Source: a virus. Taken from it: a stretch of 64,000 bases of DNA. The position numbers and the translations under genes are program-made. Position 1 is the first letter of the stretch, and every line of letters begins with the position of its first letter. Of this stretch, positions 57,151 to 64,000 are shown in pieces. The stretch spans positions 14,222 through 78,221 of the IMG/VR virus record IMGVR_UViG_3300031470_000033, one strand, 5' to 3'. Under the pieces are notes generated by a model. The model was not told the origin of the DNA, made no database searches, and saw nothing but the letters and a program-made list of their open reading frames with translations.

Positions 57151-57854
57151 GCCGGCATCGCCTCACGTCCGACCACTGCTATCATCTGTCGCCCGAGATG
57201 TTCCGTGAATGCTGGCGGAATTGCTTGGCACAAATCGTGGCGCCGGCTGATCCAGTTGATGCCCATAGCGTGCTCCCAACGCTTGCGTTGCTCGGCGTAC
57301 GGGATGGTGTGCGTAGACCGCTGGCCGCCGCCGTGGACGCTGACGTAGGTGCCATCGGCCACGCTGCCCGCGTGCCGGTGGGGGCCGGGCGCGAACAGCA
57401 GCATGTTGGACTCGAACAGGCGATGCCGGATGACCTGCAATCCGAACATGGTGCCGCACAGCAACAAGGGATTGATGAGCGGAGCGCCTACCACGTTTTC
57501 GATGATGTAGGGCAGGCCCGAGGCTTTAAGGGCGTCCCGTGTGGGGCCGACTAGATCAAGGAGAAGATCCTTTGCCCCGTGATTAATTCTCGTGTACTTC
57601 TGGCAAGGCGCACTCGCATGGACGGCGTCGAAATCGCGCCAGTGAGTATTTAAGTACTCAATAGCATCCCCTTGATGGAACTCAAAAGGGTAATCCGGCA
57701 TGTCGGCAATATCGACCCCGGTCACGTCCCAGCCGGCCTGATGGTAGCCTACAGCGGCGCCGCCACAGCCAGAATACAGGTCTAACAGGCGGGGACGGCG
57801 CCCGGATGCCACCCATGCCCCTAGCGGCTTAGGGGCGTCCTGTGTGTTGCTCAC
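57147..57854 (-). CDS. Orphan C5-cytosine DNA methyltransferase (short phage type)
   Basis: LLDLYSGCGG motif I, SAPCQ catalytic motif IV, IIENV motif VI, RHRLF motif VIII. Confidence 0.85.
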   Translation of the reverse strand: MSNTQDAPKPLGAWVASGRRPRLLDLYSGCGGAAVGYHQAGWDVTGVDIADMPDYPFEFHQGDAIEYLNTHWRDFDAVHASAPCQKYTRINHGAKDLLLDLVGPTRDALKASGLPYIIENVVGAPLINPLLLCGTMFGLQVIRHRLFESNMLLFAPGPHRHAGSVADGTYVSVHGGGQRSTHTIPYAEQRKRWEHAMGINWISRRHDLCQAIPPAFTEHLGRQMIAVVGREAMPA

Positions 57855-58288
57855 GCCGCGCCCCTCCCCGCCGCTTGCCTCGGCGCCGCATCGGTGCTTT
57901 GCAATCGCTCCGAGAGCAGCGTCCGATACTCAAAGAAGCCGGGATGCACGATGCCGTCGGTTTCCAGGTCGCGCGCCAGTCGTGACAAATAGTTATTGTT
58001 CACCGCAAAACTTTGGTCGCGGCGCTGCACGCGGATACGATAGCGCACGACCTCCCCGATCGCTTTGATCCCGTATCGGCCGATACCCTCGGCCACGATC
58101 TCGCGCGTCACCTGCACGAAGGCGGCATAGATGTCGGGACGTGTCGCTCGCCAGTTCTGGTAGGCTACCTCCAGGTGGTCATTAAACGGCCGTCCAAAAA
58201 GTCCTAACTGGCGCCCGCTAGTGAAGGGGTGCTGGGAGCCACCGCCGTTAGGCGGCGGGGGAAAGCGCCCGGCTATGCGCGTAGTCAT
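57851..58288 (-). CDS. Phage hypothetical protein; start lies inside the IS end
   Basis: YAAF..REI..G..YGIKAIGEVVRY..F.VNNNY.SRLAR..GFF..R; AAAGGAG RBS and ATG within the iscB 3' end. Confidence 0.55.
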   Translation of the reverse strand: MTTRIAGRFPPPPNGGGSQHPFTSGRQLGLFGRPFNDHLEVAYQNWRATRPDIYAAFVQVTREIVAEGIGRYGIKAIGEVVRYRIRVQRRDQSFAVNNNYLSRLARDLETDGIVHPGFFEYRTLLSERLQSTDAAPRQAAGRGAA

Positions 58289-59531
58289 ATCCGTCTCCTT
58301 TCTGTATAAGCGCGAGATACTTTGGGTGGACATTGACGCCGCAGACGCAAAAACACGGTCGTTGGCGGATAGTCACCCGCCCGACACGGGTACCTCGGTA
58401 TTTACCTGTGGGCACGACGGCGCGCACGACATCGCCGGTGCGATAGCCGCCGAAGGTGCGCACGCGGGAACGGTGGTGGATGGGGAACCCGTACTTGTCC
58501 GTCCCGCACATCTGGCGTGTGCCCCGCCCCATCGCCCGTATCTGGAGCGGCGCGACACCCGCGATAGATAGCGCCTCGGGCGTGCCGGCCCCCACGCAGG
58601 CGGCGTCAACCCAGTGGGCCTTGGGCATCCCCCGCTTGGCGCGGTTGTACGCGGTGCGCCCACCCGTCCCCACCTCAACGGGCAGCCCCATCGCCTTGAG
58701 TTGCCCGTAGAGTGCCCAGCGAGTCGCGTTCACCGCCGCCGCGTCCTTGAGGGACGCCTTACAGCGCCCCTGCACCTCTGGGTGCCCGAACTCGGCGGCG
58801 GTCATGGCCCCTTTTGCCTTGTTGCACGGCTCGCACGCGAGCGCCAGGTTACTCACGCGGTCGCTGCCACCCCGGCTGCGCGGGACAACGTGCTCGACCT
58901 CAAGTCGCACGCCCTCCCCCTTAGCGCCGCAGAAGACGCACGTCCGGTTGAACTTCAGGAGGAGGTATTGCCGCACCTCGTACCCGGCCACTTCGCCCTG
59001 TTGGTATTCGACGCCGCTGATCTCGGGGTTCTGCATGGACTGTGTATCGAAACGGACCACCTCGACTGAGATTGCATCAACGGGCGCGTAGCGGCGGAGA
59101 CGCCCGACCCACGCCATGACGTTGGCGACGCGGCTCCCCAGCGACGGCGGCAGCCAGCCCTCGGGGCGGCGGCGGTTGAGGAAGCGGGGCTGCCGGTAGC
59201 GTGTCTTGCGCGCACGGCGTCCATGGCGCAGCGCACGCCTGGCCGTCAGCCTCGCCTTGATGGCCTCCCCGCGGTGGGCAACCTCGGCGGCCCACACGAC
59301 CGACCCCACAGCGTCATCCACGAGCGCCAGGCCCGTCGTCTTGCTGCCAGGGTCAACCTTCACCCGCAACAGCGCGGGCGTCGCCACGGGCGTCGCCTCC
59401 TTCAGGATGATTGTGAAGGGGTAGCAGCGAAACACCGCAGCCTCTCCCCTGGACAGTCTGCGGCGCGCCTCGCCCGGATGGACCGGGTCCAGTGGACGCC
59501 TCTCGGTGTCTAGCACGAACACGTTGCTCAT
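58248..59531 (-). CDS. iscB: IscB RNA-guided endonuclease (427 aa)
   Basis: MSNVFVLD...PLDP (PLMP-like), VDPGSKTTG RuvC-I, Arg-rich bridge helix, WLPPSL, EVVRFD RuvC-II, CVFC..EHVVPRSRGGS..NL..AC..CN HNH, HWVDAACV RuvC-III. Confidence 0.95.
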   Translation of the reverse strand: MSNVFVLDTERRPLDPVHPGEARRRLSRGEAAVFRCYPFTIILKEATPVATPALLRVKVDPGSKTTGLALVDDAVGSVVWAAEVAHRGEAIKARLTARRALRHGRRARKTRYRQPRFLNRRRPEGWLPPSLGSRVANVMAWVGRLRRYAPVDAISVEVVRFDTQSMQNPEISGVEYQQGEVAGYEVRQYLLLKFNRTCVFCGAKGEGVRLEVEHVVPRSRGGSDRVSNLALACEPCNKAKGAMTAAEFGHPEVQGRCKASLKDAAAVNATRWALYGQLKAMGLPVEVGTGGRTAYNRAKRGMPKAHWVDAACVGAGTPEALSIAGVAPLQIRAMGRGTRQMCGTDKYGFPIHHRSRVRTFGGYRTGDVVRAVVPTGKYRGTRVGRVTIRQRPCFCVCGVNVHPKYLALIQKGDGYDYAHSRALSPAA

Positions 59532-59816
59532 ATCTTCTCCCCCTCTCCTCGTGCCCTTGCGGGGCCTCCCCTTACGGGGGTAATGATCACCTCGCCGATG
59601 TCTCCGAGGCTTGTCATGCCCTGCACCTTTGCGCTTTGACCTATGACGCTCATGATGCGGGGCGACAGAGCGGAAGGCTGGTGGAGCACCCTCCGGTGTC
59701 GTGACCCCCGAAACGTAGCCCGATGGCACCTTCACGGATGCCCTGGCTGGGGCTGGTCAGCTATGGCCCGGAGAGACGCCTCCCCAAGCCGCCCCTTTCA
59801 AGGGGCGGTCACTGAC
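59532..59816 (-). ncRNA. omegaRNA scaffold for IscB
   Basis: Minus strand reads GTCAGTGACCGCCCCTTGAAAGGGGCGGCTTG...GCTGACCAG...CTACGTT...ACACC...CCAG...ACATCGGCGAGG...ATTAC, the usual scaffold landmarks upstream of iscB. Confidence 0.8.
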
Positions 59817-60181
59817 AACCACAGGCGCAGGCCGGCCGACACCCGCGCCGTCATCGACCCGCGCCGGTCGTAGCCCCAGCCGTACGCGGCGATGATGGCG
59901 CACGACACGGCGATACCTACGCCCCCCATGGTGGCGGTGAGTGCGATGCAGAGAGCCGACATGCCTGCCCATGCGCCCCATGCCGCATTCCTATGGCCTG
60001 CCGTTGTGCGTGTGTCCTGTACCTGTGTGTCCTCTGTGGCTGCTGTCGTAGGCAAGGACGTTACGTCAGCGGCGCCGCTTGTGTCTGCGATGAACGTGAG
60101 ACCGCCGCTGTCGTGCGCCCGTGGTTTGTAGGCCACGACACGGCCCCTGGCGGGGTCGTTATCTGTCCAACGATGTGACAT
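59798..60181 (-). CDS. Small membrane protein whose 3' end is replaced by the IS end
   Basis: Hydrophobic C-terminal segment; last codons (SVTAP*) come from the omegaRNA 5' sequence. Confidence 0.5.
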   Translation of the reverse strand: MSHRWTDNDPARGRVVAYKPRAHDSGGLTFIADTSGAADVTSLPTTAATEDTQVQDTRTTAGHRNAAWGAWAGMSALCIALTATMGGVGIAVSCAIIAAYGWGYDRRGSMTARVSAGLRLWLSVTAP

Positions 60182-60220
60182 GCTATGCGTCCTCCGTGGG
60201 GTGACTCTCTTGCAACACGC

Positions 60221-60616
60221 TCACGCCGCCACCGCGTCTGCGTCGTTGTTCGCGCTGGAAACCTTCTGTTGTTGTTGTGGCGTGCACAGCCCGATGTTAC
60301 CGCGTTGGGCGCGGGCTACGGCGTTCTCATGCAGTAGGTCGAGCGCGGCCCGGTCGGTCGTATCGTGAACCTCGTGGTAACGACCCGCGCCGTCCGGCGC
60401 GTCCAGCAGCGCACAGTAGTCGTCAAAGTCGATGCGGCCGTAGGTGTTGATGGGCACGGCCTCACTGTAGGCGCCTGGCGCATGCGCCAGGACGCTCCAT
60501 GTCGCCGTGAGAATAGCGAAGCCGCGCTCAGTGATATCCGTGCGCTTGTAGTAGTAGTCGCGCACGATGATGGCCTCATTGAGCACAGGAGCGTCGTGAG
60601 CACTGAGGGCGCTCAT
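60221..60616 (-). CDS. Hypothetical protein
   Basis: ATGA overlap with upstream gene. Confidence 0.5.
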   Translation of the reverse strand: MSALSAHDAPVLNEAIIVRDYYYKRTDITERGFAILTATWSVLAHAPGAYSEAVPINTYGRIDFDDYCALLDAPDGAGRYHEVHDTTDRAALDLLHENAVARAQRGNIGLCTPQQQQKVSSANNDADAVAA

Positions 60617-61050
60617 GACACTACGCCGTCGGTGATGACACAGAAGCCGCACAACCCGTCGCGCAGCGGACGGTGTGCCGCGTCGCATACGCGACACACG
60701 CCGCGCGCCATGACGGGCGCGGCGACGACAACCGTGCCGCCCGCGTCAACGGCGGCGCGTAGACATCTGAGCGCCAGGAGGTGCTTGCAGCCTCCGTCGA
60801 AAGGCCGGGAGCCAGAGGTAAAGCCGGGGCAGGTGCAGGCGCCCGTGAGCAGATCGACGGTGTAGACGGCTGGGTAGCCATCGTCGTCTAATCGCCCCGT
60901 AAAAGACGGTACATCGTACTGTTCGAGTCCAACCCAGCGCCATGCGCGGGGCCAGGTCGGGGCATCACCGCGTCGGGACGCGCGGGCATCGTCGGCGGGT
61001 GTGCGCGGCTGTGCTTGACAAACGATCTCGTGCTGTGCTGTAATGGTCAT
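60613..61050 (-). CDS. SWIM zinc-finger protein
   Basis: YTVDL..GACTCPGF......CKHLLAL. Confidence 0.75.
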   Translation of the reverse strand: MTITAQHEIVCQAQPRTPADDARASRRGDAPTWPRAWRWVGLEQYDVPSFTGRLDDDGYPAVYTVDLLTGACTCPGFTSGSRPFDGGCKHLLALRCLRAAVDAGGTVVVAAPVMARGVCRVCDAAHRPLRDGLCGFCVITDGVVS

Positions 61051-61077
61051 TGGAGCAAACCTCAGTTCAGTTTCGTT

Positions 61078-61491
61078 CTATGCCGCAGCCGCCGACACGT
61101 CGCCCGTGTCGGCGGCTTGTTTATTTTGTGGAGCGTCAGGTAAGGGTGATTCCTCGGTGGTGATGAATGCGCGCGGGCATCGCTTGCCAAAGCCTTTTGG
61201 TAGCAATGCGCACAACTTATCTGCGTGTAGATCAAGTAGATCTGCCACGACACGCACCTCCGCTTCATCGGGGCGCACGTTGTTGTGTCGTATATGCCCC
61301 CATCGGATAGCGTCAAGGCGACCGTGGGAGGCGCGCACGAACGCGGCATTTGTTCCATACCGCTGTGTCATGGCCGGAGTAATCGCGGTGAGCCATGCGT
61401 CATTGCCGACGGGGTACGGGCCGTACTCTGTCTTGCGCCTGCTCCGTGGTCTGCCCCGTGGCCTGCTAACCGACTTGACCGTCTGTTCCAT
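61078..61491 (-). CDS. Cro-like HTH regulator
   Basis: First gene of the early operon, divergent from repressor; RPDEAEVRVVADLLDL resembles XRE helix. Confidence 0.5.
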   Translation of the reverse strand: MEQTVKSVSRPRGRPRSRRKTEYGPYPVGNDAWLTAITPAMTQRYGTNAAFVRASHGRLDAIRWGHIRHNNVRPDEAEVRVVADLLDLHADKLCALLPKGFGKRCPRAFITTEESPLPDAPQNKQAADTGDVSAAAA

Positions 61492-61546
61492 AACCGTATC
61501 CGTCCTCTATGTAGTCGATCATGCATATTTTAATGCACGCATGAAT

Positions 61547-61575
61547 ACTATAGCGTGGATGCAGGCGCATGTCAA
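61547..61575 (-). promoter_or_regulatory. Consensus sigma70 early (PR-like) promoter overlapped by ATGC/GCAT palindromes (candidate operators)
   Basis: TTGACA-17 nt-TATAGT on minus strand; ATGCACGCAT, ATGCAGGCGCAT and GTGCATGCGCAC nearby. Confidence 0.75.
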
Positions 61576-61739
61576 GCGGTGCATGCGCACAATAAAAATT
61601 GGGGAGGGATTGTGGATAGAGGGCGTACAGGTTTCGTTGCAGCGCCGGATGGCGGTATAGTATTAATGCGCGCAAGAAGAAATGCTAAGAGACGGGAGGT
61701 GCCGAGGCTGATGGTAGGGCGAGGAGAAAGAAGGTTGAC

Positions 61740-62318
61740 ATGAGCAAAAAATCAATTGCGTTGCTCAACGCTGCGGGGTCCGTGTCTAGCGCCCCACAGG
61801 GGGCCAAGAACGCGGGTGCGCAGAGACGGTCTGCGTCGCAGCCAGAAGGGCCCACGGCGCCCTGGATAGAACGTGAGCCGGACTGGTCTCAGTTCGATAG
61901 CATGATTGACGACCTAGCCCGTCGCAAGACAGACGGGAATCTCTACGCGCTTGGTAAACTCGTCTATCCAAAAAATGGGCGGCGCTTGCATCAATATCGC
62001 ACGCCGAAGAAGAACGGGCGGCGGATGGCGCCGAGCACTGAAACGCTTGTCGCGCTCGCCTTGGTGGCTGGCGATGATTTGCGCGTATGGCTAGAGGTTG
62101 GTGGTAAGATCCCCTCTACGCCTGGCGAGGAGATGTCCCCCACGGGTCGGCAGTTGGCCCTGTTTTTTACGCGCGTAGGACTGACCGTCGCCGATGGTGA
62201 ATATCTTATGCGCATCGCCGAGTCCTTTCGGGCACGCGCCGATGCGCGCACGGGCGACGACATGGTTATCGAGGGCGAGGCGCGGGACGTTCACGCAGCA
62301 ACAGGTGAAGGTTTGTGA
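61740..62318 (+). CDS. Putative immunity repressor (XRE-like HTH, no S24 peptidase domain seen)
   Basis: Divergent from cro-like gene; PSTETLVALALV pattern; near integrase. Confidence 0.5.
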   Translation: MSKKSIALLNAAGSVSSAPQGAKNAGAQRRSASQPEGPTAPWIEREPDWSQFDSMIDDLARRKTDGNLYALGKLVYPKNGRRLHQYRTPKKNGRRMAPSTETLVALALVAGDDLRVWLEVGGKIPSTPGEEMSPTGRQLALFFTRVGLTVADGEYLMRIAESFRARADARTGDDMVIEGEARDVHAATGEGL

Positions 62319-62360
62319 TTGCAGTGTCATAACCGTAGGCCACGGCGACCTTGCGTGTCG

Positions 62361-62810
62361 TTAATTATCGCTTGGTGGAACGATCCGTAGGGGCCGGATA
62401 GCGCGTATGCGCGTTCGTGCCCTGTGGGACTCGCGATAGCGCCGTTGACCAAGGGCTGCCCCCTCCGGTTTTGGTTGTTTCATCAGATTCGTCTGTTCCT
62501 GCGTCCGTGCCGCGGGAGGGACGAGAGGACCTCCTAGCACGTGAGACGCGATCTCGGTCGGGCGTAGGTGCCGCTTCATAATCGCCGTAGCGTTCACCAG
62601 GACCGCTACCAGAGGGTCGTTAACCGACGCATCAACCATGTCGCACCAATCCGCGAATAGCACCGGCGCCAGGATGTTCTCAAGCGTGGTAGACAAGACG
62701 GCAATCTCGTCGGCGGTCATCAGGCGACTGCCGTTTGTTTTGTCCTCGGCGCGGCGTTGCGCTACGGACCCCGGCTCGTCGGGGGCATACACCATCTCTC
62801 TCATCTCCAT
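62361..62810 (-). CDS. Hypothetical protein
   Basis: 149-aa ORF between repressor and integrase. Confidence 0.4.
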   Translation of the reverse strand: MEMREMVYAPDEPGSVAQRRAEDKTNGSRLMTADEIAVLSTTLENILAPVLFADWCDMVDASVNDPLVAVLVNATAIMKRHLRPTEIASHVLGGPLVPPAARTQEQTNLMKQPKPEGAALGQRRYRESHRARTRIRAIRPLRIVPPSDN

Positions 62811-63156
62811 GAGCGCCCAGCAGGACGCTTATCCAGCCCGGATACACGAGGTGGCGGGGACGCGCTACCTGGGTTTTGTCTTTACTAGAACAACTGTCCT
62901 ATCAACGTACAGCGAAAACGGCTCCCCGTCAAGCACCTGTGCGGACTGTTCCCATTGGCGGGGTGATACTCTCGGGGGCTGTACCGAGGTATTGACTGCC
63001 TAGCTGCGAGGTTGATGCCCTTTTCATCCTTGAAACATAGCATGCTCCACAAACAGACGCAATGATTATCTCTGCAAGGGAGTGGCGTCCGTTGCAGGTT
63101 TGCAATAGACAGATAGACGACAGAAAAAGACGGTGGTGGGGAGGAAGGCAACGCCG

Positions 63157-64000
63157 ATGGCCTCGGGGTCGGTGCGTGAGCGGCAGGATCGGCCAAAGAA
63201 GCCGTGGGAGGTGGTCGTGCGTTTGCCGCCGGTGGTCGATCCGGCGACAGGCAAAAAAACGTATCCGCAACGGTCACGGTCCTTCGATACGGAGCGCGAG
63301 GCCGAGCGGGCGCTCCGGCGGTGGCTGGTGGAGATCGAGGCGGGCGAGGCAGTGGACCGCACGCCGCTGACGGTCGGCGCCTGGTTGCAGCGGTGGCTTG
63401 ACGACTACGTGCGGCCAACGCGTCACGCGAAAACGCTTGAGTCGTATGAGATAACGATTCGGGTCCATATCACCCCCCATATCGGCGGACTTGGCCTTCA
63501 GGCGTTGACGACCGATCGCGTTCAGCGTCTATACGCCGATCTTCTCACGGCGGGTGTGGGGCGCCGCTCCATCGAGCTTGTGCATCTCCGTCTCCGTCAG
63601 GCGTACAACGCGGCGCTGCGCGCGGGCCTGGTCGCGCGCAACCCGGCGGCGTTGGCGACGCCGCCGCGCGCACAGGCGCGGGAAATGGTCATATGGAGCG
63701 TTGAGGAGCAGCGACGCTTCCTGGCCGCCGCCGAATCGGCGGTGCTGGGCCGTGGCCCACTCGGCAGCAAGACAGCGCGTATCGGAAGCCGGTTCGGCCC
63801 CCTCTGGCACGTCGCCCTCTCGACGGGGATGCGCCGCGGCGAGCTGTTGGGCTTGCGCTGGCGTGATGTCGGATGGACCGAGCGCACCTTGCACGTGCGC
63901 CAGTCCGTGACGCAGATACGGGGGAAGCGCGTCTTTGGCGCGCTCAAAGGCGGCAAGCGGCGCCGCGATGTGGCCATCTCCGACCATATCATCAGTGTGC
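63157..64000 (+). CDS. int: Tyrosine recombinase/integrase, N-terminal part (runs off right edge; not in ORF track)
   Basis: GGAGG RBS; MASGSVRER...TVGAWLQRWL..Y..TI..HI.P.IG..L..L...RNPA...ALSTGMRRGELLGLRW.DV. Confidence 0.93.
   Translation, partial: MASGSVRERQDRPKKPWEVVVRLPPVVDPATGKKTYPQRSRSFDTEREAERALRRWLVEIEAGEAVDRTPLTVGAWLQRWLDDYVRPTRHAKTLESYEITIRVHITPHIGGLGLQALTTDRVQRLYADLLTAGVGRRSIELVHLRLRQAYNAALRAGLVARNPAALATPPRAQAREMVIWSVEEQRRFLAAAESAVLGRGPLGSKTARIGSRFGPLWHVALSTGMRRGELLGLRWRDVGWTERTLHVRQSVTQIRGKRVFGALKGGKRRRDVAISDHIISV

Larger units (their letters stand above)
58240..59816 (-). mobile_element. Non-autonomous IS200/IS605-type element carrying iscB and omegaRNA (no tnpA); boundary at the iscB 3' end approximate
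   Basis: Terminal hairpins CCGCCCC-TTTCAA-GGGGCGG (about 59790-59808) and CCGCC-GTTA-GGCGG (about 58243-58256) flank iscB. Confidence 0.75.
1..64000. mobile_element. Temperate tailed phage/prophage (contractile tail) with embedded partition and conjugation block; both ends lie outside the window
   Basis: Lambdoid-style module order: integrase, repressor/cro, replication, late regulator, terminase, portal, protease, capsid, neck, sheath; no host housekeeping genes seen. Confidence 0.93.

Noticed and set aside
59532-59735. N-terminal 68-aa extension of IscB in the ORF track
   Set aside because: It translates the omegaRNA scaffold; the RBS and the conserved MSNVFVLD start are at 59531

Overview
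The window appears to be one high-GC temperate tailed phage or prophage. It is cut at the left edge inside a contractile tail-sheath gene and at the right edge inside a tyrosine integrase. Almost all real genes are on the minus strand. Read right to left: integrase (+, partial), repressor/cro-like switch, early genes (an IscB/omegaRNA IS200/IS605-type insertion, two orphan DNA methyltransferases, Rad52-like recombinase), a replication module (prim-pol, J-domain protein, iteron-bearing initiator, DnaC-like loader, DnaB), many small early genes, RusA, then an unexpected ~14 kb plasmid/ICE-like block. That block holds ParA, a ParG-like RHH protein, three GIY-YIG-RHH fusions, MobC, an HUH relaxase, VirD4, a VirB2-like pilin, VirB4 and a VirB6-like protein. 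It is followed by a sigma-region-4-like late regulator, a degenerate tRNA, terminase, a second divergent capsid-fold gene, portal, a 926-aa probable packaged protein, protease/scaffold, major capsid and neck/tail genes. The most notable points are (1) a phage carrying integrase, partition and an apparently complete conjugation core, (2) a tandem array of intact GIY-YIG nucleases fused to copies of the partition RHH domain, and (3) a capsid paralog missing the presumed E-loop. All family calls come from motif recognition by eye; no database search was run, so novelty claims are untested.
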